Positions 9,823 to 23,119 of a stretch of 64,000 nt of DNA are shown here, piece by piece (positions within the stretch are counted from its first letter, which is position 1; each line of letters begins with the position of its first letter). The DNA comes from Cetorhinus maximus (Eukaryota), in NCBI RefSeq assembly GCF_964194155.1, contig NC_135916.1:1178001-1242000 (forward strand), given 5' to 3'. Made by a program: the position numbers and the translations under genes. The notes beneath the pieces are model-generated. The model saw only the letters and a program-made list of their open reading frames with translations, was not told the DNA's origin and searched no databases.

Positions 9823-10503
9823 GACAGGGTCTGGGAGGTACCAGAATACGAGCTTTAAATGGATTAGCCTGTATCGATGCAGCATGTTGTCTGGTTCCTG
9901 GGAGCACTGAACAGATTTATTCTGGCCTGTATCAGGGCGATCAATGAAATAACCCAAATTTAAACGGGAATGTAAGGCGAATATTGAGAGGCTGATTGAA
10001 AAATCTGACTACACTTAATCACCTCGATTCTGCAACCCAGGACGGACTGAAGGGTGATGTGGAAGATCTGATTTTGGTGCATGGTTTGCACTGCGAAGAT
10101 GCATTTACGCACATTGTGGAAGATAGTTCAAATATGTAAACTTAGATATTAACTTGATTTACAGAATGGGTGCGCAATCCGCCCACCCACATCGCCTCCC
10201 CCAGCCTTAAAACACTAGAAACAAGAGCCAAGCCATTCTCTCTATAACATCTATAGGGCTTTGACCTGAATAAACCGATAATGTTGATCAGTTTTAAATG
10301 TGAGACCCAAAATTTCGCCCATCAATAGGAGTTTGATTCCAGCCTGCTGTAAGCCGATCAGGGAATGAATGAGAATTTAGTCCGTGTTCGAAAGCAGGAA
10401 GTCGGAGCGGGGACCGAAATGGGGCTCGCAAACATTCAGACCTTGTGATATTTGTCCATTCAGATTGATTTTATCTGTCTTCAAACTAGGTTTATTTTAA
10501 TGT

Positions 10504-10678
10504 CAGTTACTCGTTCCTCTGAAATTGGCGGACATTTTGAAATTGATGAACTGTCAGTTTCTGCTCCACCAATCAGGGCCCAGAAATCCATGCAGCCCGC
10601 TGCTCTTTTCAAATTTCTCGGCGGGATTGCGCTGCATCCAATCAGGACAGGAGGGAGGTGACGGACATGTCTTAAATA
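10504..10678 (+). promoter_or_regulatory. H3 promoter: MYB-like site, CDE/CHR, two CCAAT, TATA-like
   Basis: CAGTTA 10504, GGCGG-acat-TTTGAA 10527-10541, CCAAT 10569 and 10638, TTAAATA 10672-10678. Confidence 0.7.
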
Positions 10679-10679
10679 G

Positions 10680-11147
<468 letters not shown>

Positions 11148-11189
11148 ACTCACCCTACCCGACTCTAGACTTACACCGAGAACCACAAA

Positions 11190-11230
11190 GGCTCTTTTAA
11201 GAGCCAACAAGTCGGTCAGAGAAAGAGCTG
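11190..11230 (+). terminator. Histone 3' stem-loop and HDE (H3)
   Basis: GGCTCTTTTAAGAGCC 11190-11205; GAAAGAGCTG 11221-11230. Confidence 0.93.
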
Positions 11231-11611
11231 CGATCCCTTGTTAAAAACTCCAGCACCTAAAACCCTCAAACCTACAATTTATTTTCTTTCCTTCTGTTTA
11301 CCCGTTTCCCTCCCTCTGATGCATTTGGGGTTATGAGGTGATTCCGTTTATATTTGTTTGTAATTTTACATCATTTAATTGGAAATGGGATGATTTAATT
11401 ATTCAAGAACGTTTCCCTGAACATTGTCAATTGGTCATATATAGATGCAGCACAGACTCCTCATGTCTGGAAAAGGCAACAGCACCAGCGTCTCGTTGTA
11501 AGCAGCGCTTTCACAGATCGCATTAGAAATATAATGTCATTCCGAATCGATAGGGATGTTATCGCACATGCGGATAGACAACAGGTCGCCCCTTTCACTG
11601 ATTAAGTGAGT

Positions 11612-11627
11612 GGCTCTGAAAAGAGCC
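11612..11627 (-). terminator. Histone 3' stem-loop (H2A)
   Basis: Minus strand GGCTCTTTTCAGAGCC-ACTCA, then GAAAAGGGG. Confidence 0.93.
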
Positions 11628-11657
11628 TTTGGGTTCTCAGTTTAAAGAATGGTCGCT

Positions 11658-12101
<444 letters not shown>

Positions 12102-12104
12102 TCA

Positions 12105-12295
12105 GTTCTCTTATACCCTCAGGAGGAATGGTGGTGCGCTCAGAGCTGATTGGGCAATTATATTATAGCTCATAATATTCTTCATGTTACCAATTAGATT
12201 TCTGCCTGACTCACCAATGCGGGCAAGCAACGTATGAAGTCGGAAGTTAAGGGCGCCAAATCATCAGTTAAACAAACGATTATATATTTCAAACT
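12105..12295. promoter_or_regulatory. H2A upstream promoter
   Basis: Minus TATA (GTATAA, 12111-12116), three CCAAT boxes, GGCGCCAAA 12252-12260, CAGTTA 12265-12270, TATATA then TTCAAA 12288-12293. Confidence 0.7.
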
Positions 12296-13129
12296 GGAAA
12301 AGACAGACAAAAAATTAATCGAAGGAAATATCGCACAGAAATCGTCTTAGCTAAACAAAGGACAATTCCTATACAAATCGTTCTAATGCTTAACATTAAA
12401 GCAGTTCTCTTACAGAATGTTAGAAGGTTTCTCGCTCTCGTTTCCTCGTCTACAGTTTACCCGTAACTATCAGTTTCTGGTTTTACCTGTGGACAAGAGG
12501 ACAATAAAGGATCCAATTTACCAGAATCCAAACTTATGTTTTTTTCATGTTCGTGAGTGTCAAGAGCGGAGTGCACATTTTTTGGCGTAAATTTGCCAGT
12601 ATTGAAACAGAGGCTTCCCACACCGCCAGGGCTGATACGGAATGAATTGATCAAATCAACTTTTATAATGCTGGGGAGGGATAGCATCTTTGAGGGTTCA
12701 AAGATAGACTCTGCTTGATTACATTTATACAACAAGGCAGGGTCTACCCTGAAGCAGCAAACATACATTGTATTCCAATCCAGCAATAAAAATGAAAATC
12801 CTCTGCAGGCTATGTGATTCTGGGATTAAGCCTAATCATCATTATTTGTTACTTAAATGTAGTTTTCGCTCCCTGAAGCTTTTCTTCCGAAATTGACATC
12901 AACGATATATGTTTTTGTTTTTGTCTCTGTAACATTCAGTTTTAAGTCAGTTTGGATTTTATCTGGTGCATGTCAATCCCTGGAGAAAATTTTATATTTC
13001 ATTCGACATATATTGCTGCCACCATAAGATTATGCTTCTATTCTCATTTTAATCCCGACATTATCTGTTAAACCCTGCTATGGGTGCATGGAATATCTGT
13101 CTGTTCATGATAAATAAATGGGAACTTTA

Positions 13130-14140
13130 ATCTGAAATGTATAATTTTCTAAAAAAATAAAGCAGCGTAAAAAACAGGGAATTACAGACTGATTAGCCAC
13201 CATCAGTGGTAGACTTAATACGAGAGTCCACTCTGTGATAATAAGAGACTTTGAAAATGTCAAATGGATTGGAGAAAGATAGCATGCGTTTATGAAAGGG
13301 AAATCATGTTTGACAAACCTATTGTAGCTTTTTTGGGAATTAAATTGCAAAGTAGATAAGGGAAAACCAGATGATGTGGTCTATTTAGATTTTCAGAAAG
13401 CTTTTGTTAAATGCCCACTTAACTGGTTTGTGTACCAAATTGAAGTGCATGGGATGGGGGTTTGGATTGGCATGTACTGAGAAAGGATTAGTAAACAGGA
13501 TAAAGAGAGCAGGAATAAATCAGTCTTTTTGAGAATGGCAGAAGTTGACAAGTGGTGTGCCACAGGGATCAGTGTTTGGGTCCCAGTATTCAGAATAGAC
13601 AAGAATGATTGTGATGAAGGAAGCAAAGATAATATTTCCAAGGTTGCTGATGACACAAATCTAGGAGGGAATGTGAGAGATGAGGAGGAAGTTAAAATTG
13701 CCCAAGGAGATTTAGATAACTTGAGTGAGTGGGAAAAAAACATGGCAGATGGAGTATAAAGTGGCTAGATATGAATTCATCCACTTTGGTACGAAAAACA
13801 GAATGGCAGAGTATTATTTAAATAGTGATAGGTTGGGAAATGTTGATTTACGAAGAGACCTGCGTGCAGCACATGATCACCAGGCTGATTCATGGGCTGG
13901 CAGGATTGTCACATGAGGGGAGAATGGGCCGATTCGGACTGTATACACTCAGTGATTGTAGAATGAGAGGGCAAGTATTTGAAATACATGAAATAGTGAC
14001 AGCGCTGGTCAGGCTGGGTGCAGGGATGATGTTTCCTCTGGCTGAAAGGCCTAGCACATGTGTTCAATCTCAGGATACGTTGTAGTCCATTTCGGGCTGT
14101 GTTGAGGACAAAGTTGTTGACTCATAGGGTGGTGAACATG
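13130..14140 (+). mobile_element. Degraded CR1 LINE RT fragment
   Basis: Remnants GKSCLTNL, YLDFQKAF, ISKVADDTNLGG, WQMEY, with stops and frameshifts. Confidence 0.8.
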
Positions 14141-15084
14141 TGATTGAGTTGCATTCATTTTGTAACCTCCAGTATCTTGTATGTGAACGTATATATAATT
14201 CCCTCCATGTATCCGTGATGTTTGCAAGAGTGGAACTAACTCTATTTTTAATATTTTAATGTGCTATCTCCAAAAGTGAGATTTCGTTCGAATCACTCAA
14301 AATCTGGAACCAAATGTGAAGTTCCAATTGATATTCATATAGTCAACTGCTACAAGTATGTTTTCCTTGTGTGTCGATTGGTGACATATTGCCTGACTGT
14401 AGATTTGGCCCTGTAACATTCGGATTTTCCTCATTGTTATGTTTTTAGTGTATGTTTGTGGTTTTATCCCTGTATTTCATTCACTGGTACTTTGCATCAG
14501 ATGGGGATAATTCATTGCTTCTCAGCGTCTTGTATAATCTGTGAGTTTGGCCATGGTTCTATAATTGTCAGTCTCTCAAACTGAATGTGAGTGTGTAATA
14601 ATTCAGTCTTTAAGAGCAACGAGCTGACAATGAGTGTGTGATTCATTCCACTGAACTGTGCATCTGGTTTGTATGGGTATGTTCCACTCTCTGCATATCT
14701 CTCATTGTCCTTTACAGTGCATGATTTGGGGATTAAATTGAACATGACAGTTTCCAATAGACGATGTGATTGTGGGGTTATTTCTGTATTTTTATGGTTT
14801 CAGCTATTCTATTTGAATGAGATCTTTTCTGCCTCATTCAGATTCAGGTAGTGTAGTGAGTGTGGGATTTATTATAAAGCTTTCAGACTTGGAAATTTGG
14901 GTGATTAACATCTGCATCATGGATTTTTGCTCCCCAGGCACAGTGTATGTGGGGATAATTATGTAGTTGCCGTTCTCTGGTATGCTTTGAATTTATTTTT
15001 GTTCTTATAGCTGTATTTGATCTGTGTTTGAATGTGTGAGTAATTTTGCACCTGAGAATTCTGCCCATCTAAGTATATACAACT

Positions 15085-15293
15085 TCTCTCTCCCCCCGCC
15101 CCCCCACCTTAAACCAGCTTATATTTCACCTTTCTCCTAACTATGCTTCAGTTCTGCCGAAGGGTCGTTATGACTCGAAACGTTAACTGATTTCTTCTCC
15201 ACCGATGCTGCCAGACCTGCTGAGTTTTTCCAGGTAATTCTGTTTTTGTTTTGGATTTCCAGCATCCGCAGTAGCTTTTAGCTTTTTGTTTTT
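15085..15293 (+). mobile_element. Penelope pLTR fragment
   Basis: Close match to 4140-4356 (CCTTAAACCAGCTTATATTTC...GACTCGAAACGTTAACTG...CAGCATCCGCAGTAGC). Confidence 0.8.
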
Positions 15294-17849
15294 AAGTAGG
15301 TATATTATTCAATCTGTATCTGTTTTTCTCCACTGTTGCAGGTAAGTGTGAGATAAGACTATATCTGGACTTTTAATGAAACGTGTTGGAATATATTTTT
15401 ATGAATCCCTCAACATAGCAGTATTTGTTAACCTTTGGTTTAACCTATAACATTGGCTTCATGTGTTTTGTAGTCACAGGTTATATTCAATAGTTGCCTG
15501 GGATTTGTGGAATCACATTTGATTTTTAGCTCTGTGAAAACAATTGTGAATATTTAATCAGATACACAGCCTCATATGTAATTTGTTCATTTTGTATAAA
15601 GGGATTGCTGTTGAATCTTTACTGATGCTGCCATTTTTGGTGTGAAATATATAGATATGTCTAAATTCTAAGGGACGGTGCTGCAATTTATTCTGTCCCT
15701 TCCAATCAGTTATTTCTTGTCTAATGAGGCTCAGAATAATTAATTAATTTCTGACCAACGCAACACAATATAATTAAATCTGATATTTGGTGTGTTTTCT
15801 GTGAACATTTTGATTGATGTATGCTCCTCTCATCTAGGTTACTGGAAATAAAAACAAACAACAACAATAAAATCAGACTCTCCTGCTCAGTTTGTATCTT
15901 GCATTGAAAAGTTGTCACTTCCCTTTGAAACAGTGTGGGAATGAACAATTAATTGGTTGTGACTGTGGACATAATGACCTGGAAGTTTCTCTGCTCTCAG
16001 TGAATGGTCCTGTACCTAGCTAGTGTTGCAGCTAGCTCACTTTTTAACCTTGTTCATTTTGTGACTTTTGAAGTTGTCACTATTATCTACCTTTGTCACT
16101 AACATCATCATGCAGCAGGAATACCCATAGCACAGCTTGTGAGCTAAGATTTGTTTGTCTCTTTTCATGTTGTACCTTTCAACCATTATTCATTCCTGAT
16201 ATTTCGACTGCAGATTGATTTATTAATTTGGAGGCCTGTACTATTATTTCAGTAATTTTTCCATGTAGAAATATGAAGGTGAGTTTCACTTTTGGAACAC
16301 ATGGATGAAAATAGTATTTTGCCATTTTTATTTGAACAGTGATATCCTTCTTTGCTGGACCACTCCTCTGATTGCATTGACAATCACTGGGATGCATTTA
16401 AGTATTTTATTCTGTATCTATTGTTTTCTGAGATGAAAAGGTGAAAGCTTTGTAACTGTCAATCTTTAAGTCTCATAACAATGCACATGTCGAATTTTGT
16501 TTTGTCTGATTTTTCTCATAAATAGTTAAATGCCAGGTTTGTTGTCATCTAAGGCTGTGTTTCTGTCTCCATCTGCCAGTTTTTTTTATGAGTGTGAGTT
16601 TTAAACTGTCGGGTGTGCTTTCACATATGTGAGTATGATTTCCGTTTCTTAATCTGCTGCTGTATTTATCAGTTTCTGGGATTCTTAATGTGACTGTGAC
16701 TCAGTAACTTTCAGGTTCTGGTAAGTGATTGCTGGTGTTAGAATGTCCATGTGAATGTCTTGTTGTTTTACTTTCTAGCACTTCCTTACTTGCTATTGAG
16801 CTTTTTTCCCTCAGTCTCTCCATTAGTTTGTGGCATGTGAATGTGAGTGCTATTCTGTATCTGTCAATAACTGCATTGTGAGCGTGAGTCATAATTGCAA
16901 TTGCCAGTTTTAGGTATGTGTCTGGAATGCAAATGTGAATTTTACACTGCAGTTCTCACTTTTGAATGTCTGAATGTATGTTTGAGATTACTTCACTGAC
17001 TTTGACAATGTAACTATGATTATTCTCAGTACATTTTCTATGAGTATAGCCTACATTCTTTATCTATTAGTGTCTTATCAGCAAATGTAAGACTTATTCA
17101 AAATCTGTCAGTATTATAGTATTGTCATTGTGCGATTGATGATGTGGCTGTGCATGCCTGCTTTTATCTGTGTTTGGGTCTGTGTGAGAGACAGAGAGAG
17201 AGAGCATGTCTGAAGATGTGTGTGTGTGTGTGTGTGTGTGTTCATGGTGTTTTTTTTGTGTTTTCGTTCCTTCTGTCTCTCTAATGTGTTTATGGACTTA
17301 TCTTTTTATTTGTCATTGTTCAATATAGAAATGTGCATGTTGATTGGTACTCATAATTATCTGGCATGATGGCATGGATTCATTCTGTACATGTCCAATT
17401 CTTCCCTTTTCAATTTTGATAGTCTTGGCTGTAAGCAGTAACTGTTAGGTTTGGTGTATGTAAGTTTGCATTTTATCAGTAGTTGACCTTTTCAGATATG
17501 AGACTGCGGTATTCAATCTACCCGCTCATTTCCAGTTTGTGTTGTGAGCATGTCTTTTACTTTGTTAAAGTGAACATGTAGTTTCTGAGACTCTGCATTT
17601 ACAGTGAATCTGTTGTATGAATGCCGATTTTAGTCTGTACCAATTTGATTCAGTTTCTTGTTTTATTTTCGGTGCTCAAATCTCTGTTTTACAAGTGATA
17701 TATTCCATTCTGCTTGTGTCAATTTTTGATGAACTGAACAATAGTTTTTGTGAGATTCTGTTGATATTTTGTGTCTGAATATGGGATTTCCTTTGTACAT
17801 GTCAGATTTTAGCATGAAGGAATGTTTATCAACTGCAACTAAGCAAAGC

Positions 17850-18075
17850 CAAAATATTCTCGGCTGGATGTTGGAAACCTCAAAAAAAGGGAAGAAAATT
17901 GCTGAGAATACTGAGCAGGATTGTCAACATCTGTGGAGAAAAAGCTGAACTGCCCGTTATCTGAAATTCCTGATGTGATGGAAGGTCATTTGCCTGTAAT
18001 GTTCACCCTCAATCTTTCTAAACAGTTGTTGCCGTCCCTGCTGAATATTTCCAGCATTGTCGGTGTTTTTTCCTC
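17850..18075. mobile_element. Old palindromic element derived from Penelope pLTR
   Basis: AATACTGAGCAGG..CATCTGTGGAGA arm and CCTGCTGAATATTTCCAGCA arm; paralogous copies at 37270 and 57280. Confidence 0.6.
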
Positions 18076-18917
18076 CCCCTGTCTGTGTTAATTCCCAGCT
18101 GGTAAATATCACTCTGCACCTGACAGAGTCTGATACTTACATTTCACTTTTATTCTGACAGAATCTCCAAGTGCATTTTCCTCTGTGACTCTCATTTATG
18201 TGTGTGTCTGAATCATTGTCGATTTTACGGTGAGCCTGTTAGCCGACAATATTTATGAATGATGGCCACCTTTCAGTTTTCCATTTAGTATGATAGCATG
18301 AACCTATTTTCCATGTCCCTCTCGGTTTATGGAATGGACTGATTTGTTTTGATCAGCAACTTAAAGTTTTTAATGCATGTTCATGTGTGTTTTTACAGTA
18401 GCCATCAAGATCAGCGATGTGTGTAGCCATGCTTCTCCTATTTTGAAAAGGCTTATAGAAAATTTGGTTTTATTCTGCATCTCTATGTCCCTGGAATGTG
18501 TCTGTGGTTTTACAATGTAATTGTCTGTCTCTGTTATGGGAATGCAGGATAGTTCCGTGTCGGTCAGACTCTCCTCTGAGAGTGGTGTTATGTTATTCCC
18601 TGCTTTGTGAGTTAAGTTTTAACCATTTTTTGTTTGTAGTGATCTGTCGAAGTGAGTGTTTGTGACAATATTCCTCTGGCATGTCTATGCACGCCTCCAT
18701 TAACAAAAATATACTCTATCTTGATTTCTGATATTGAATAAGATTTTTGGAATGGAATTTAACTTGTTGCTTTGCGAGAACTTTGCATGTATTCATGAAT
18801 AATTCTGCAAACATTAATTGTCTGATATTTAAGTTGTAGCTAATGATCTACTCTTGTGACATGAATGGACTGCCCTTCAATCTGATAATGTTTGCGATTT
18901 TGGACTGAAATTGGTGC

Positions 18918-19410
18918 TGTTGTGCTTTCTTCTAAGAATCGAATACAGTGACAAAGATACAAGTTTAGGATTGTTTATTAAAGGGAACAACAGGGAGGGT
19001 CTGCTCCCTTTGAATGCCTAAAACAGAACTCTACTGATTACAGGATAACAATCTTTTTTAAACACTAAACCGTTCACGTACACATTACACTATTCTAATT
19101 CCAATCTTGGCAGTACATAATCACATGACAATCAGATGCCGCCAGTCCGCGGAACATACATTTACTTTCCCAAGCAGGGCCTCTTCATCTCGTTCTAGCC
19201 TGGCTCTATCCCTGATACTCTTTGTCATTACACTGATGTGTTTATCTTCATCCCTCTTCTATCTCCTAACCAGTTAATCCCTTATGATCCCAAAGGTCTC
19301 CCTAGAGAGAGCTGCTGATACCAGCCCTTATGGTGTACAAGTTTTCACTGGAGAATTTTGCTGACCTTTGGTTTCACTAAAAACATAGAAATCGCTGCTT
19401 ACCTCTTACA
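18918..19410 (-). mobile_element. Probable solo LTR (493 bp)
   Basis: TGT...ACA ends, near-TSD GTGC/GTGG, minus-strand AATAAA near 18974; interrupts sequence that is contiguous in unit 1 (~515) and unit 3 (~44148). Confidence 0.65.
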
Positions 19411-20114
19411 GTGGGTCTACCATTCAGCAGTACCGAGTAGCAGTGTTTTGTGGGGAATATAATTCAGTCTCCCCTGTGTGTTAGCCTACTGGATTGATCA
19501 TGTGTATCAGGGTTTGAGTTCAATTCGAGTCTGACTATTTCTGCTCTGGGTGATGGTCACAGTGATGTTCTGTCTGTATCTGTGCACTCTTGGAGTAGGA
19601 TCGTACCTGCTGCCAGTTAGAAGGAGATAGCTGCACCTCTGTGTTGGCTGGTGGAACTTGAGATTGAAACTGACCCCTTCATTAACCTGCCAGAGAGGAA
19701 GAAAGATATCTCCAGTAAGGCAAAATCAGCTGAGGTCAGTAAAAGGCAATAGATCAATGTAATATTTCAACTGATAATCAATTTCAAAAATACTGTACAT
19801 ATCATGGCGGACAACGAAAAAACTACAGTGTCTGATTCCACTTCTAACTATTGAGTGAGATTCAGAAACAACCCGCATCTGCACTGCTCCAAGTGTGTCA
19901 CTACGCGGGCCCAGAGATATTGGTACAGGACAGATTTCAATTTCCAGCTCCCTTTGTAAGAACCGCCAACTCAATCTAACTGTGGAAGGTACAATGTTTC
20001 TTTGAGACGCCTCAGCTGAACAGCTGGTGCCTGCAACACGTGTCGTTAACATTACTGCTCCACTCCTTACTCTCCGTCTGTTTCCACGATTCACTGTCCA
20101 AAAGCCAACACGTT

Positions 20115-20575
20115 GTGTGAATCAGCAGCTAAACTTGGAATATGCATTACAGGATTGAGGGGGGATATCCCAATAGTTTTCAATTGCAGCTTGCTCAGGT
20201 TCTGTCTCCCTCAGCAGGGCCACACACAGCCCCAGAAAGGCCTCTCCCCGACCACCAGCTCACTCCAAGTTCCGGAACACGTTCCCGCTCCGCTCCGCCT
20301 CTTACAAACAGCCCCCCGGTTCCCCCTGAACTTACCCCGAGTCAATGATGATTTCTGTGTCCACACTGACAAACCGGTGCCCTGCTGGAATCAGAACGCT
20401 GTTTACTCGCTTACCCGGGCCCCAGTATTTCCATTTCCGTCTGTTTGAAACAAAGGTCTTCCGCTCGCTGAGTGAAAGGACGTCAAGGGCAGTGGTTGGT
20501 GGGAAGGGAAGCGCGCATGCGCCCGACTAGTCACCGAGAAATTCCAAAACGCAGGGCTGCAATGCGCATGTGCTG
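20115..20575 (-). other. Conserved ~350-bp element plus NRF1 pair (unit 2)
   Basis: Matches 1195-1560; micro-ORF 20411-20434; GCGCATGCGC 20513-20522 and TGCGCATGTGC 20563-20573. Confidence 0.6.
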
Positions 20576-21933
20576 TTGGAAACTAACTAAGAACAAAACC
20601 AGGTCATCTGGTCCTTCCCCATGTCAATTTCCTCAGCCTTGAGCATAGGAATTGGAATGTGGGGAACGGGCAGAGACGTTACGAGCAGGAGGGCCATCCC
20701 TGTATTAAATCCAAACTGGGCGTCTTTGCTGTTCATTCGACGGTCTCCGCAAATTAATCCACATGTCGAATAGGTCTGTTTGCTGTTATAGCTCAGAACT
20801 TAATATCAGATCGTAAAAGTCTCAGGTTAATATAATCAGATTGAAAATGTCAGTCACTGACTGTCGTATTCAACAATTTTAGTCGAAGATTTCCCGAGAG
20901 TTCCAGAGTTTATAGAATGTTATATTTCATTATTATTGCCTCAACACCACTCAGTTTCCTGGACTGTGGGACAGAAATGTATCTGCCTCTCCTCCAATGT
21001 TAATGAGAGATGAGGCCTGGTATTTCGCACCGCTGGGGGATCTATAAGCCTTATCGATCAGCTTCAGAATATTCAGTGTTTCAAAAAGAAAACCTCTCAA
21101 TCTTCTAAACTCCAATGACGATTATTCCAACTTGATCATGATTTCCTCACCAGTCAACAACTGGAAGCTGCTCATGAACATTCCCTGAACTGTATCAAGG
21201 GATCGATATTATTCAGTTGTCCCCCATCCCTCTACTGCTGTTGATGTGCATGTTACTAATGTTACTGATAAGATTATATAAACTGATACTCACACTCCTC
21301 CCATGTGAGGTGAGGGACTGTCACTGTTCATTCTCCTCTCAGAAATTCAAGTATGACATTTCATTAGATTATCTCCAGTCAAACATCGAATTCTGCTCTG
21401 AAAAACTCTGTCACTGTCAGGAACGTGACGATGGGAGAAGTCATCGCAGCCACCGCGACTCAGGAGGGAATCGAGGAGGACCCACTGTCAAAGAATGGAA
21501 TAGCCCCAAGCATTACATTGCTGTAGTGTTTCCATCCCTCCCTCATCCTCAAACCTAAAAAACAGAGAGAGGGGAAGAGGCAGTGTCTCCAGGAGTGCAC
21601 CAAATCTGCGAGGGATACTCTTCTGAAAGTGGAATTTAAAGAAAAAGCAGCTGATTGCTGAGTAAATCCTGGGAGCAGACTCGGAGGGAGGAGAACCGAA
21701 GCGGTGAGTGTAAACCTAGCTTACCTTGAGGATTCGCAGTCTTGTCTCTAGGGAGCAGACTCGGAGGGAGGAGCAGCAGAGTGGTGACCTCGGGGCACAG
21801 AGTAACTGAAGCCAAAACTGAAAAAGTGACGTCACATGAAAGCTGTGACCTGATTGGTTGGTAGGAAATCTGCACCAAATTTGAAAAAAAAAACACGGCA
21901 AAGCTAATTAATAAATTAATTGTCTAAGTACAG

Positions 21934-22889
21934 ATGGCTGGGCAGGTGATGTGCTGTAGCTGTATGATGTGGGAGCTGGCAGATCCCAATGCGAGCCACA
22001 GTGACCACATCTGCAGCAAGTGTTGTTGCTGGAGGAATTCCGGCTCAGAATTGATGAGCTGGAGTCCGAGTTCTGGACACTGCGGCACCTTCGGGAGGGG
22101 GACAGTTACCTGGACGCTTTGTATGAGGAGGCGGTCTTACCTGGTAGATTAAGTACCTCAAATCCGGTCAGTGGTCAGGGTCAGCAGGGTGTGACTGCAA
22201 TTGAGGCAGGTAGAGGGATCCTGTGTTCAGTAAGTGAGGACCCTCAGCTCTTGACCTTGTCCAACAGGTACAACGTACTTGCTCCCTGTATGGATGGGGA
22301 ACAGGGCTGTAGGGAGGATGAGCCAGCTGACCACGGCACCGTGGCACAGGAGGCCCTTCAAGAGGGGGGAGCACAGAGACAAGTGGTAGTTGTAGGGGAT
22401 TCTATAATTAGGGGAATTGATAGATTCCTTTGTAAGCAGGATCGAGGGTCCCGCATTGTATGTTGCCTGCCCTGTGCCAGGATGAAGGACATCTCTGACC
22501 GGATTGAAAGGATATTGGAGAGGGAGTGGGAGGATCCAGTTGTTGTGGTCCACGTCGTGACAAATAACATAGTTCAGACTAGGAAACAGGACCTGTTTGG
22601 GGATTATCAGGAACTAGGAACTAAATTAAAGAACAGGTCCTCAAGGGTTATAATCTCTGGATTACTACCCGAGCAACGTGCAATTTGGCATAGGGACACA
22701 AGAATAAGGGAAGTAAACACGTGGCTAAAGGAGTGGTGCGGGAAAGAGGGGTTCCATTTCGTGGGGCACTGGCATCAGTATTGGAACAGGAGGGATCTGT
22801 ACCATTGGGACGGTCTCCACCTGAACCGATCTGGGACCAATGTTCTAGCGAAAAGCGTAAGTAGAGTATTCACCAGGACTTTAAACTAG
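21934..22889 (+). pseudogene. CR1 ORF1 (Cys finger/leucine zipper plus SGNH esterase), frameshift near 22025
   Basis: MCCSCMMWE..HICSKC; LRIDELESE; VVVVGDSIIRG; DGLHLN. Confidence 0.85.
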
Positions 22890-23119
22890 AAAGTGGGGGG
22901 GGGGAGGGAAGGGTAAAACTGCAAGAAATATGACTAATGGGAAACAGAGCAGCAGGTTAGCGTGTGGGGTGGTGGATACAACTTCATGGAAAATTATGAA
23001 AAAACTGAAAAGAAAGGAGAGCCCAGGAGAGGCTATTAAAGTCTCCAGAACACAAAATAGGACAGAGTGTTTGGAAAGGGCTAGGAATCTAACTTCAAGC
23101 ACATCAGATAAAGGGACGA

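Larger units (their letters stand above)
14150..18850 (+). repeat. Cryptic degenerate ~40-41-bp tandem array, T/G-rich (unit 1 spacer)
   Basis: Consecutive units at 18470, 18510, 18550 and near 16850-16930 fit roughly TTATTCTGTATCTGTCAGTCTCTGGTATGTGAGTGTGGAT. Confidence 0.6.

Noticed and set aside
9725-9957. 60-aa minus-strand ORFs between H4 and H3
   Set aside because: Copies differ nonsynonymously or contain stops; only the 15-codon ATG ORF is conserved.
14150-18850. CRISPR-like array or coding repeat
   Set aside because: Eukaryotic context, no identical repeats with unique spacers, period not a multiple of 3, no long ORF.
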